Part shown: positions 22,241 to 33,345 of the stretch, piece after piece
Numbering within the stretch: the stretch's first letter is position 1
How the letters are laid out: every line of letters starts with the position of its first letter
Assembly: GCA_963742105.1 (NCBI GenBank)
Contig: CAVUKN010000007.1
Coordinates: forward strand, 777,979-841,978
Direction of reading: 5' to 3'
Source of the DNA: an uncultured Acidobacteriota bacterium
GTDB taxonomy: Bacteria; Acidobacteriota; Vicinamibacteria; Vicinamibacterales; UBA2999
Length of the DNA stretch: 64,000 nucleotides
The notes under the pieces: generated by a model
Told to the model about the DNA's origin: nothing
Seen by the model: only the letters and a program-made list of their open reading frames with translations
The model's database searches: none
Position numbers and translations under genes: made by a program

Positions 22241-23760
22241 TGTGGCGAATCTTCCGGAAGGACTGCCGCCAGCTCTGGCGGCTGGCGGCAATCGTCGCGT
22301 GCGCCCAGATGACGAACGCGGCGCTGCGGCTGGTGTTGGGCCCGTTCAACCAGCCACGGGGCCTCGTGACGTTCGCCGAAGTGTTTTCTGCCGCGACACT
22401 TCTCGGGACGTGCGCCTTGATTGTGGCTGCCGTTCACGAGGACGTGGTGCCGGGCGCGTCGCAGGACTGGCTGGTCCGGCCCATCCGCCGCCGCGACCTG
22501 CTGGCCGCCAAGCTCCTGTTCGTGGTCGTCATCGCCCAGGGCCCGGCGTGCCTCGCCGACATGGCGCATGGAATTCTGGCGGGCCTCTCGGTTAGCGAAT
22601 CGGTGGGCGCTGCCCTCTCACGCAGCACGGTGATGCTGCTGGTGTTCGACGTGCCGGTGCTCGGGCTGGCGTCGATCACCAGCACGCTCGTCCAGGTCAT
22701 GGGCAGCGTGATTGGTATCTGGCTGGCCGTCATGGTTGGCGTGTTCGCCGGGATCATCGCGCGAGGTGGCGCGCCCCCTCCGTTCGCCAGCAGTGGCATT
22801 CAGTGGATGACGCCGGCGTACTGGGCGATCCTCGCGTGTTCGACGGCCGCCGTGATCATCCCGCTGCAGTACTTCCGCCGGGCGACGAGCCAGTCCAGAC
22901 GAATCGTGGTTGGCGCGGTCATCCTGGCGCCGGTGCTGAGCCTGTCGACGTGGATGCCCGCATTCTCCGTCCAGCAACGCCTGTCGCCCCAGGGGTCCCT
23001 CGCGAAGCCTATACGCCTGGCGTTCGCCGAAGGCGGCACCGCGTCGTGGAGCACGGGAGGCACCTCCAGCCGCACGCTGCTGGTTCCTCTCCGCGTGTCC
23101 GGCCTGCCCGGCGATTCGGTTCTGATGAATGATCGGGCCGACGTCCGTCTGGCTGGACCTGACGGTGGCACGCTCTATCGCGGAAAGACGACGCGCACTC
23201 TCGGATACGGCAACGACTTCGTCGTCAGGACGACGGACGGGGGCGACGTGAGCACGCGTCAACAAGTTGTGTTGCCGGAACAGGTCTATCAGCGCCTACG
23301 CGACCGGTCCGTTCGCATGGAAATCGACTACTCCCTGACCGTTTTCCGTCTGACGGCGGCAGCGACCATCGGTGCACGGGATGGAGACCAGCGGATGGAC
23401 GGGTTCGGCCGCTGCAGGACCCAGATTGACGCTGACGGCGACGAGATCGAGCTCGGCTGCCTGCAGGGCGGGCGGGCGCCGAGCTGCGTCAGCGCGACGC
23501 TCGAATCGGTCACGCCGGGACGGCAACACTCGACGCAGTGGTCGTGTGCTCCAGATTACTCGCCGTATCACCTCCAGCTCTATCCGGATGCCACCAGCCG
23601 TTTCACGGTGCGGGTGAAGTTGCCCGACGACGCGCAAATGAGCGGCCCTGGTGGAGAGCGCTCAGAAGTCGCTGGCGCGTACGTGAGGGTCAAGTCCTAT
23701 CAGCCGGCAGCACACTTCACCCGCCGGCTGGTGGTCCCGGAAATCCGCGTCCTCTGGTAG
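22237..23760 (+). CDS. ABC-2-like permease with C-terminal extracytoplasmic domain
   Basis: IFRKD, WLVRP...LLAAK motif, about 7 TM helices, soluble Cys-containing C-terminal domain. Confidence 0.75.
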   Translation: MMWRIFRKDCRQLWRLAAIVACAQMTNAALRLVLGPFNQPRGLVTFAEVFSAATLLGTCALIVAAVHEDVVPGASQDWLVRPIRRRDLLAAKLLFVVVIAQGPACLADMAHGILAGLSVSESVGAALSRSTVMLLVFDVPVLGLASITSTLVQVMGSVIGIWLAVMVGVFAGIIARGGAPPPFASSGIQWMTPAYWAILACSTAAVIIPLQYFRRATSQSRRIVVGAVILAPVLSLSTWMPAFSVQQRLSPQGSLAKPIRLAFAEGGTASWSTGGTSSRTLLVPLRVSGLPGDSVLMNDRADVRLAGPDGGTLYRGKTTRTLGYGNDFVVRTTDGGDVSTRQQVVLPEQVYQRLRDRSVRMEIDYSLTVFRLTAAATIGARDGDQRMDGFGRCRTQIDADGDEIELGCLQGGRAPSCVSATLESVTPGRQHSTQWSCAPDYSPYHLQLYPDATSRFTVRVKLPDDAQMSGPGGERSEVAGAYVRVKSYQPAAHFTRRLVVPEIRVLW

Positions 23761-23827
23761 GGACTGCCGGATCCAGAGTTTGCCGGGGCGGGCATCGATG
23801 GGATCGATGCCCGCCAGAGGTGTGTGA

Positions 23828-25178
23828 TTAATGGTCGTGCTCGTCGCCCGCACCTTGAGCAACGGGGCTGGTCAACCAGGGATTGGTGAGCACCCCGCTT
23901 CCCTCGACGCTCGAACAGCCCGGTGCGTTCGGACCCTTGGAGCACTTCCACCAGTTCAACGTGGCGTCGATCGTGCCAGCAGCCATGTTGTCGATACCGG
24001 TCTTCGCTGTCAGCGAGTTCAGGTGCGCCGCAATCGATGAACCCGGGACGACGTTGATGGCGATATTGATATCCTCGCGATTGAACACGTTATCGGTGAT
24101 CACGATTCCGGTGATCGGCATAACGGGTGCGAAGATCGAAATTCCCATCGATGGAAGCTTCTTCGGTTGATCGTTTTCGGGGAACAGGTCGCCGTCGCCA
24201 GCATCGCCGGAAATCACGTTGCCGACAATCACGTGATCGTTGAGGCTCTGAAATGGCGCGTGCATGTGCATGGCGACGCCCGGGAGTCCGTTGTCGGTCA
24301 GGGTGTTATTCGCGACGACGTTCGCGTTGTTCTGCGCCCCGGGAGGTCCAGCGAAGATTCCCACGCCGGCACCTTCGCCGGCAGCCAGACCGTTGCGGCG
24401 GGAAATATTGCCAACCACGCTGATGTGATAGATGCCGACGGACGGATCTGTGGGGGCGAGCGCAAAATGATGTGAGGCGAGAGTGATGCCGCAGTCGTAC
24501 GGGTTCTCTTCCACGAGATTGGCGGTGATGAGGTTGTCGTGGTTGGGATCGGTATCGTCACTGATCAGAATCCCGCCGGCGTTGTGATGGACGTGGTTCC
24601 CCGACACCACGGAATGATTGACGCCGCTCAGGTGAATTCCTTCGCCGCAGTCGAAGCCCTCGCCCATCACAAAATATGGAGGCAGGCCTGGGCAGATGGG
24701 GTTGTCTGGATCGGACCGGTCGAGCGCGCGATCATTTCGTGTCACCTCGTTGTCGTTGATGGTGACGTAGGACGCGTTGGTCACGAGGATCCCCTGGGCG
24801 TTGGCGTTGCGCACGGTGAATCCCGTGACCGCAACATGCGCCAACCCCGGTTGGTTGACGCCGTCGACGTTGACACCGTTGAGGAAACCGGTCGCGTCGA
24901 TGATGGCGCCGCCCGATTGCGCGCCGACGAGCGACAGCGGCTTCGTGATCACGACGCTCTCGTGATACGTGCCGGCGTGCACGCGAACGACGTCAAACGG
25001 GTTGGCCGCTGCGACGGCGGCCGAAATCGTCGCGGCGCATCCTTTGGCGCCGGGATCGACGCAAAGATCCGCTGCGCGTGCGGTGATGCTGCCCGCGAAC
25101 AGGACGGTCGCCGCGAGGAACGCGACGCGCCTGCTGCTGCGACCGAGTGCATAGCTTTCAGATTCGTGTTGGATCACG
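23828..25178 (-). CDS. secreted right-handed parallel beta-helix (NosD/pectin-lyase-like) protein
   Basis: TISAAVAAA...GTYHESVVITKPLSL, Asn-rich repeats, DATLNWW. Start uncertain (ORF extends to 25360). Confidence 0.8.
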
Positions 25179-25614
25179 TGCGCCTCCGCACAGAAAGCAG
25201 CCTCCAAAGATCGGCGGCCGCGGAGTTCGAGGAGTAATCGATCGTGCCCGCCTGGGCTCGACGGAGCACGCATATTACATGAGGGGCTGACGCACCGATC
25301 CGGGTTATCGACGCACCAGTCGAGACAAGTCGATGTCAGCATCCCCGCTCGGCAACGCACACTAACCGCGCCGATGACGAAGTCTGCTCATTAGCGGACA
25401 TTGCGGAGGTCATAAGGAATGCAAGAAGTGAAGTGATGCCGAGGGAGGCGTGATCGACAAGGTGCAATAGGCTCGATCCACCTCGGTGTGGTCGGACACC
25501 GGTGCTACAATCGCCGCCCGCAGGAGACGACGATGAGGAAGAGCTGCATCGTCACAACCCTGTCCGCCACGGCCTTTCTCATGCTGACACCAGGCGGCTA
25601 CTTGCGGGGAGTCC

Positions 25615-25956
25615 ATGAACGAGCACTACTCCGACCGTCGCCGCTGGCCGCGTCACTCGGTGCTGGTCCCGTGCCGGATCGAGGGAATCTCCAATCGGAC
25701 CTCTGTGCGATTGACCGAGTTGAGCATCGGCGGCGGCTATGTAGATGCGAATACACCGCTTCAGGTGGGAGATCCGATCGGACTGGTGATGGATCTGGAC
25801 GGAAGAGAACTGGCCGTGCCGGGACGGGTGCTTTACCTCATCCCGCGGACAGGGTTCGGGTTCGCCTTTGAATGGGACGACATGCCACTGGAGGCGCGAG
25901 AGGCGATCGAACAGTTTCTGAAGAGTCGCGAAGCGGGTGTGGGTCAATCGTCCTGA
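25615..25956 (+). CDS. stand-alone PilZ-domain protein (c-di-GMP receptor candidate)
   Basis: RRWPR (RxxxR) and ELSIGG ([D/N]xSxxG-like), GFGFAF. Confidence 0.85.
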   Translation: MNEHYSDRRRWPRHSVLVPCRIEGISNRTSVRLTELSIGGGYVDANTPLQVGDPIGLVMDLDGRELAVPGRVLYLIPRTGFGFAFEWDDMPLEAREAIEQFLKSREAGVGQSS

Positions 25957-25987
25957 ACGGTGAGTGGACGCGCGCTGCCCCGGGGTC

Positions 25988-27907
25988 TCATGAATGTGCG
26001 TGCTGTGCTCCGGCCTTTCCGAGGTGATCCGGTTTCGCTCCGCTGACGAGCGCTGACGGACTTTCCGGCGACGCTGCCACGTCCGACGAAACGGAGGCCG
26101 ATCGCTGACGTTCGTGCAGCGCCAGCGTCCGCAGATGGTCTCGCGTTTCGATGAGGGTTGTGGCGACATGGTTCGCGCCAGCCTCTATCAACGCCGATGG
26201 GTCGTCGTCAGCCAGGTCGGCGGGAGCCCACCGACCGACCAGTATCCTGACGTCCGGCAGAGCGGCACGCAGCTTCCGCACGACGTAGCGTGTTTTCGAC
26301 GGCGGACTCGGCGGAAGGTCTGCGATGCAGACGAGATTGGCCTGCCGCGTCTGCACGAGGTCAACGATCTCCGCCGTCAGCAGGCGCGCGGACGCGACGT
26401 GGAGGTGGATCGCCTCGTCCCCGGCCAGTTGCGCCAGCATTTTGAGAGCGGTCGCATCGGCTTGTCCGTTGGCAGCGTACCCGATCACCGCTACCGGCGC
26501 CGCGGCGGAAACCATTGGCTGACCGTCTGCGCCGCGGTTGTCGACGCCGGCGGCCTCGGACGACGGACGCAGCGCTTGCGTCAGATCGTGGACGTCGTTC
26601 AGCAACTCGCTGGTTTCTTCGATCACTGTCTGTTCTTCCGCGTCCGATAGGCGTCCCTCCAGGCGATCGCGCTCCGCGTAGTTCAACGCCGGCAGCATCA
26701 GTGCGTCATAGACCGTGGCGGCAGGTTGCGTGGCGAGGTGTCGTTGAACGATCTCGGCCGCTTCGCTTTGATCGCCAGCGAGAAGGCGCTGGTAGTAGCT
26801 GACGTCAGGTGCCAGCACCGGCGAATCGGCCATGAGCGTAGACAGGAAGTCCAGTCCGGGCACGTGCTTTCCGAGTACCACGAGACACACCGTCAGTGGC
26901 GTTGCGAGTAGCAGGCCCATCGACCCCCACAACCATGTCCACGCCGCAACGGCAATCAACAGGGCGACCTGCGACACGCCGGCGGCACCCGCATAGAGGA
27001 CGGTTTCGAGAACGAGGTTGGTGAAGAGCTCGACTGCGACGAACAGCGCCATGACTTCAAGCGGTCGCGTCCACCCCGAAAGCGCGGCGAGGCTGACCAG
27101 AATCGGCCCGGCTGCCGCCGCGATCGGCCCCAGGTAGGGGACGAAACGCAGTGCCGCGCCCAACGCGGCCCAGAGGAGCGGGTATGGCGTGCCGAGCGCC
27201 CACAAGCCTACGCCGATCGCGACGCCATAGATCGCGTTCACCAGCGTCTGCATCAGGAGCTGCCGGCTGACGCGCTTCGCCGCTTCGTCGAAGGCCTTGG
27301 TGGTGACGGCGAGGTGGCCATGGCCGATCAGACCGATGACGCGACCGCGCAGCTCCTCGCGCTCCAACAGCATGAAGAACACGAGCGTGAGTACGAATCC
27401 TGCCGTCGCCAGCGGTCCCACCGCCGGACCGATCCAGGACGGAAAATCGGTCAGACTGGACACCTGCTGCGACTGGACGATCACAGGTTCGCGCGCATTG
27501 CCACGAGGGGTGTCAGCGCCTGCGGCCTCCTTCTGGATCTCATTGACCGTTTCCTGGACCTGCTGCATGGAGCCGCCGCGGGTCGCGCCGCGGATATCAT
27601 CAATCTTCTGTCGGATGTTCGCGCGATATCGCGGCAGCTCGCCGGCGAGTTTCGATATCTGCGTCGCCACGCCCCATCCGGCGAGGCCAAGAACGGTGAA
27701 GACGAGCACGACGGTCACGAGGACCGCCAGACCGCGCCCGATTCGCCGCTGGAGAAATGTCACCGGCGGCGTGAGTACGAACGTAATGAGCACCGCGAGG
27801 GCGACGGGCACCAGGACGGCCTGCGCCAGATACAGCACCGCGATGACGAGCACGAACCCGGCGAACCGGATCCACGCCGCGACCGATTGTTCCAACGCCT
27901 CAGTCAT
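25988..27907 (-). CDS. AI-2E family transporter with long cytoplasmic C-terminal extension
   Basis: PVALAVLITFVLTP, LRFVPYLGP, WTWLWG..GLLLATPLT; YYQRLLAGD and a receiver-like C-terminus. Confidence 0.88.
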   Translation of the reverse strand: MTEALEQSVAAWIRFAGFVLVIAVLYLAQAVLVPVALAVLITFVLTPPVTFLQRRIGRGLAVLVTVVLVFTVLGLAGWGVATQISKLAGELPRYRANIRQKIDDIRGATRGGSMQQVQETVNEIQKEAAGADTPRGNAREPVIVQSQQVSSLTDFPSWIGPAVGPLATAGFVLTLVFFMLLEREELRGRVIGLIGHGHLAVTTKAFDEAAKRVSRQLLMQTLVNAIYGVAIGVGLWALGTPYPLLWAALGAALRFVPYLGPIAAAAGPILVSLAALSGWTRPLEVMALFVAVELFTNLVLETVLYAGAAGVSQVALLIAVAAWTWLWGSMGLLLATPLTVCLVVLGKHVPGLDFLSTLMADSPVLAPDVSYYQRLLAGDQSEAAEIVQRHLATQPAATVYDALMLPALNYAERDRLEGRLSDAEEQTVIEETSELLNDVHDLTQALRPSSEAAGVDNRGADGQPMVSAAAPVAVIGYAANGQADATALKMLAQLAGDEAIHLHVASARLLTAEIVDLVQTRQANLVCIADLPPSPPSKTRYVVRKLRAALPDVRILVGRWAPADLADDDPSALIEAGANHVATTLIETRDHLRTLALHERQRSASVSSDVAASPESPSALVSGAKPDHLGKAGAQHAHS

Positions 27908-28204
27908 GCCGTCACCTGCGAGCCAACCGGGCCACGCGGTGGCCAAGCGGGTGCGAATAGAAAAGCGCTCGTCCGAAAGGCGTTCGCTCGAGTGCAGCTC
28001 GGAGTCTATCGCACCACTCCGATCGCTACCGGAGCGGCGGGGCGACTGTCGGGTTGGAGATCGGCGTCAGCATGACTCGAGCACTGAGGTGCGCGCCGTC
28101 GCAGGGGTCAGCAGCGCGAGGACGTCAGCTCCGTGACGAAGTCGCGTTCACTATCGCAACCCGATCAACCGCGCCACGACTGGTGTTCTCGCGTCACGGA
28201 CCCA

Positions 28205-28420
28205 TCAGTGTCCGCGCTCATTGTCCGGACACTCCCGGTATTCGTAGCCCCGACACCCTGTCACCGGCAGTGCCGGATATCGGGGGAAACGGGTATCCGT
28301 GCTCGACCGCTGACACAGCACGAACGTTGATCCCCGCGAAGACGTCACGAGACGGCCGTGGCGACAGCTCGCGCACAGTCCAGCGGTCGGCGGGGGGGTG
28401 TTCGTGTCGGATCCTGGCAT
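28205..28420 (-). CDS. small Cys-rich hypothetical protein
   Basis: GLCASCRH...FVLC...FPRYPALPVTGCRGY, a metal-binding-like Cys pattern. Confidence 0.65.
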   Translation of the reverse strand: MPGSDTNTPPPTAGLCASCRHGRLVTSSRGSTFVLCQRSSTDTRFPRYPALPVTGCRGYEYRECPDNERGH

Positions 28421-28600
28421 CGGCATGTAGCGGACGTTCAGGCCCGCCACTGAATCAAGCATACCCGCCGGTACGCGGCAGCGTTCGACGCCGCTGCCAC
28501 TCCTGTAATGGCGCCGCCAGACGTCGCGTGACGCAGACGGGTGGTCACGGCGAGTGGTGGGCCAATCCGTGCAGGCTCGCTTATTGCGGGCACGAACACG

Positions 28601-29617
28601 ATGACGCCGGCACGCGTGTGTGCGTTGGTCCTGCTGTCCACAGCGCTAGGCGCGACTGCTGCCTGCGGCGGCGGCGAGATGACCGCACCGTCGCCCGCCA
28701 CAAGCACCAGCACCACCGGTAGCGCCAGCGGGGGAGTCGTCCGGCTCGCTGACGATCTGAGTGGCCGGCGACTGTTGCCGCCCGACAACTGGTGGAACCA
28801 GAACATCAGCAGCGCCCCCCTCGATCCTCAGTCCGACGCCTATATCAGCTTCATCGGCCGCACGCGCCAGGCGCATCCCGACTTCGGTCCCCCGCCGTAC
28901 GGCATCCCCTACGTTGGCGTCTCCTCGTCCCAGCCGCGCGTCCCGGTGAGCTTCGTCAGCTACGGCAGCGAGAGCGATCAAGGATTCGGCGGTGAGATCG
29001 GGTATCCGATCCCCGAGGAGGCGAAGACACAGCCGAACTACATCGAAGGCGGCGTTCCCGGCGGAGGGAGTGGCGGCGATCGCCACCTCCTGATCGTCGA
29101 TCGCGATCGCTGGGTGCTGTTCGAACTCTTTGCGGCACGCTGGACGGGACAGCGCTGGGAGGCTGGCTCGGGTGCCATCTTCGACCTCTCGATCAATGGC
29201 CGCCGACCGGAGGGATGGACGTCTGCCGATGCCGCAGGGCTGGCGATCCTCCCGGGCCTGGTGCGCTACGACGAAGCCGTGAGCGGACCGATTCGACACG
29301 CGCTGCGGGTCACCGTGCGGTCGACCAACGGCTACGTGTGGCCCGCGTCGCACCGCGCCGGCAGCACCGGCGGTGCGCTGCCAATGGGAGCCAGGCTGCG
29401 CCTGAAGGGATCAAAGGATCTTTCCGGCTACCCGCCGATCGTCCAGAACATCTTTCGAGGGATGCAGACGTACGGGTTGATCGTGGCGGACAACGGCAGC
29501 GATCTGTACGTGACCGGTGCGATGGATTCGCGCTGGGACAACGGTGTCCTCAATCCGGCATTCCACGGCCTGACCGCATCCGACTTCGAAGTCGTTCAGC
29601 TCGGCTGGGGCTCGTAG
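28601..29617 (+). CDS. lipoprotein of unknown function
   Basis: Lipobox TAAC, Ser/Thr linker, GDRHLLIVD, WTSADAAGL.ILPGLVRYDE, IRHALR, YGLIVADNG. Confidence 0.8.
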   Translation: MTPARVCALVLLSTALGATAACGGGEMTAPSPATSTSTTGSASGGVVRLADDLSGRRLLPPDNWWNQNISSAPLDPQSDAYISFIGRTRQAHPDFGPPPYGIPYVGVSSSQPRVPVSFVSYGSESDQGFGGEIGYPIPEEAKTQPNYIEGGVPGGGSGGDRHLLIVDRDRWVLFELFAARWTGQRWEAGSGAIFDLSINGRRPEGWTSADAAGLAILPGLVRYDEAVSGPIRHALRVTVRSTNGYVWPASHRAGSTGGALPMGARLRLKGSKDLSGYPPIVQNIFRGMQTYGLIVADNGSDLYVTGAMDSRWDNGVLNPAFHGLTASDFEVVQLGWGS

Positions 29618-29656
29618 CGTCGTGCCCGGCAGTGCGTCGCGAGAGAACGCGACGTC

Positions 29657-30473
29657 TCAGTGATGGTCCAGGGTCATGATGTGACTCGAGTCCTGCTCGA
29701 TGCACGGCGGCGCTTCGACCAGCGCGTCGGCAGGGTTCGTCGACAGCTTCAGGTCCCGCGGGGTGATCACCCACGGCTTGGCCAACACGGACGGATCTTC
29801 CACCGTCACCGCGTATGTCAGGGTGTCGCCATTCCGCGTGAATCGTTCGATGACATGCATGTTCTCGGTGTGAAAGTAGCCGTCGCTGCCGAGCCACGTG
29901 TCTTCGACGAAGTTGGTCACGTCGACGATGAGCGTATTGGCGTCGAAGCGGCCCACCGAATCGCCCATGTAAGACGGATCCGCGTCGGCGCGGTGCGGAC
30001 GCCCGTCGGTGGGAATCACCCGGAACAGGTTTGACGCGCCATACAGAAACACCACCTGCCCAGGTGTCTGGACAATCTGGCTCGGTGGGCCCATCCGCGG
30101 AACGCCCTGCGGCCGGCAGTGGAAAGCGGGATCGAGCACGCCTTGCCGATCGGAGAGGTACTTCACGCGCGCGAGATGCTCGGGTTTGTATTCCGGTTTG
30201 TTCGGTGCTGCAGCTCGCGCTTCGACCTGGCGGTTATCGAAACCGTGAAACACGTCCTTGCTCTCCGGGTTCACCCCGGGAACCGGGAACAGGAACTTGA
30301 TGGAATCGGTCGGCTTGACCGGAGGCGGCAGCGCCGGCGCGCCCCAGACGCCGTTGAGATCGACGTGTCCGTCAGCGGCGTGGGGCGTGGCGGCCGGCTC
30401 CTGCGCCAATGTCGAACAGGCGAGGAGTCGCAAGCACGATGACGAGCGCCGGGAACGAGCGAGGAACAGACAT
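29657..30473 (-). CDS. exported hypothetical protein (DUF6152 partner), frameshift in signal region
   Basis: DLNGVW, DP...C.P.GVPR, YMGDSVGRF...TL.VD, HVIERFTR, EDP.....PW, E..C; RBS AGGAGG before ATG at 30473. Confidence 0.8.
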
Positions 30474-30481
30474 GCGACCTC

Positions 30482-30883
30482 CTACGGGGCCTTCGCGTTC
30501 TCGTCGCCAATCCAGAGCTCGACGGTGTGCCCATCGGCAAACGTCATGCGTCTCAGGAACGCCAGGTTGGACCCGTCCTTCGCGTGGTAGGCCAGCACGG
30601 TGACCGCCTGCCCCTGACCGAAGTTCGCACGAGTGGCGCCGATGCGTCGCAGCGCGGCAGGGCTGTAGGTTGTCAGCGCCCATGAGGTGACCTGCCCGGT
30701 GGGATCCTTCACGTCCAGGTGCAGGTAGACGTGCGGGTTGATCCAGTCGACTTTGGTGACCGTTCCCTTCAGCGTGACCGGTTTGTTGATGTCGTATTCT
30801 GCGGCGAACGAGTGATGCGCTCCCGCTCGCGCTGACAGGACGGTCACCAGCAGCGCCGCAGCCGCGATCAGACTCTTCTTCAT
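30482..30883 (-). CDS. DUF6152-family exported protein
   Basis: Signal peptide, then AHHSFAAEYD, GTVTKVDWINPH. Confidence 0.85.
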   Translation of the reverse strand: MKKSLIAAAALLVTVLSARAGAHHSFAAEYDINKPVTLKGTVTKVDWINPHVYLHLDVKDPTGQVTSWALTTYSPAALRRIGATRANFGQGQAVTVLAYHAKDGSNLAFLRRMTFADGHTVELWIGDENAKAP

Positions 30884-30976
30884 GACGTCCTCATCGACGC
30901 GTGAATCCTACATCATCGCCGGTGGGCGTGCTGGCGACGCGCGCCGGTGCGTGCGCCCGATTGTTAAGATTCGGTT

Positions 30977-33075
30977 ATGGACATTTCGCCTTACCGCATT
31001 TGCCGCCTCGCTTTCATATCGTTGACGCTGGCCGTCGCAGCCGTGGCTTGCAGGAGCGCCGGCTCGAAATCCGAACCGGCCGCATCTGCGTCAGAGCTCG
31101 GCATCGTCCCGGCCTCGATGGACACGTCGGCGCAACCGGGAGACGACTTCTTCGCCTACGCCAATGGCACCTGGGTGAAGAACACGCCGATTCCCGAAGA
31201 TCGCTCGAGCATCGGTGGCTTCTACATCGCCGACAAGGAACGTGAGCGGCAGACGCGCGAACTGCTCGATGCGATTCTGAAATCCAATCCCGCGCCGGGC
31301 AACGAATGACGCGAAGATCGCGAACTACTACCATGCCTATCTCGACACCGACGCGATCGACCGCGCGGGGCTCGCTCCTGCCCGGGCAGACCTGGAGGCG
31401 ATTTCGCGCCATCGCCGACAAGCACCAGTTGAGCGCCGCGATCGGCAGGACCCTGCGCGCCGATACCGATCCGCTCAACGCCACGAACTTCCAGACGGAA
31501 AACCTGTTCGGCGTCTTCGTCACACAGGGCCTCAGCGCGCCTGGCGCGGCGATCCCGTATCTGATGCAGGGCGGCATCGGCCTTCCGGAACGCGAGTACT
31601 ACCTCTCCACGGACGCGGAGATGGTGCGGCTGCGCACCGAATACCGCGCCTATGTGCAGCAGATCCTGGAGCTCGCCGAATATCCCGACCCGCACGGCTG
31701 CCGCCGATCGCATCGTCGATCTGGAGACGAAGATCGCCCGGGCGCATGAGACACGCGAGGAGAGCGACGACTTCGCCGCCGGCGCGACGGTATGGACCCG
31801 CGCCGAGCTCGAGCGACACGCGCCCGGGCATCGACTGGTCCGCGCTGCTGACCGCGGCGCAGCTCGGCGGCGCGCAGACGTTCCAGGCCTATCATTCGAA
31901 GTCGATTCCCAAGCTGGCCGCGCTCGTCGCGGCGGAGCCGCTGAACGCGTGGAAGGACTGGCTGGCGTTCCACACGCTGAATCAACAGGCGAACGTGCTG
32001 CCGCAGGCGTTCCGCGATGCCAGCTTCGCCTTCAACGGGACCACGCTGCAGGGGACGCCCAAGCAGCGGCCACGCGATCAGCGGGCGATGAACGCGGTCA
32101 GCGGCGCGCTGCAGGACGCCGTCGGCAAGGCCTACGTCGACAAGTATTTCCCGGCCTCGGCGAAGGCGAGGATTCAGGCCATGGTCGACAACATCAAGGC
32201 TGCGTTTGCCCGTCGCGTCGAGGCGATCGACTGGCTGGCGCCGTCGACCAGGCAGGAGGCGCTGAAGAAGGTCGAAACCATCGTGGTCGGCGTCGGCTAT
32301 CCCGAGCGACTGGCGCGACTATTCGTCGCTCGACATCGGCAACGACGCCTACGCCAACCAGAAGAACGCGGGGCTGTTCGAGTACGGCTATCAGATCGCC
32401 AAGATCGGCAAGCCGATGGAGCGGGGCGAGTGGTGGATGCCGCCGCAGCTGGTGAACGCCGTCAACCTGCCGGTGCAGAACGCGCTCAATTTTCCGGCGG
32501 CCATTCTTCAGCGGCCGTTCTTCGACCCGCAGGCCGATGCCGCGTTCAACTATGGCGCGATCGGCGCGACCATCGGTCACGAGATCAGCCACAGCTTCGA
32601 CAACAACGGCGCGCTGTTCGATTCGTCCGGCCGCCTGCGCAACTGGTGGACGCCGGGCGATTTCCAGCGGTTCGAGCAGGCGGGGCAGGCGCTGGCGGCG
32701 CAGTTCGACGCCTACGAGGCGCTGCCCGGTCTTCACGTCAACGGCAAGCTGACGCTGGGCGAGAACATCGCCGACGTCGCCGGACTCGCGGCAGCCTACG
32801 ACGCCTACCGGCGATCACTCGGTGGAACACGGAGGCGCCGGTCATCCAGGGCTTCAGCGGCGACCAGCGCTTCTTTCTCGCGTACGCGCAGTCGTGGGCG
32901 TCGAAGATGCGCGATGCCACGCTGCGCCAGCGAATTGCCACCGACGGTCATGCGCCGGACCGGTTCCGCGCGCTTGACCGTGCGCAACCTCGACGCGTGG
33001 TACGCCGCCTTCAACGTGCAGCCGGGCCAGAAACTGTACCTGCCGCCCGACCAGCGCGTGCGCATCTGGTTCTGA
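30977..33075 (+). CDS. M13-family zinc metallopeptidase (lipoprotein), about 6 apparent frameshifts
   Basis: PGDDFFAYANG, VNA, FPAAILQ.PFF, NYGAIG..IGHEISHSFD, LTLGENIAD spread over frames. Confidence 0.92.
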
Positions 33076-33345
33076 GGCGATCACGTCAGATGGCGGTGCC
33101 GGTTTGATCGTAGACGAACCCGACCTAGTGCCCCGACCGAGGCGTTCTGATCCGCTTGTATGCGCCAGCGCACCAGCGCGAATCCGTATGGCACTCCGGA
33201 AAACCGCCTTGATCCGCGCCCCTCAGCTCCGCCGCCGGACAGGGCGGCTATGCCAACACACTTGCCACGGTTTTCCTCCGGCCATACGGACTCGCACTGG
33301 CGCCGTGTGGCGCCGGCCGCGGGGCACCACGCCACGGCCACAACA

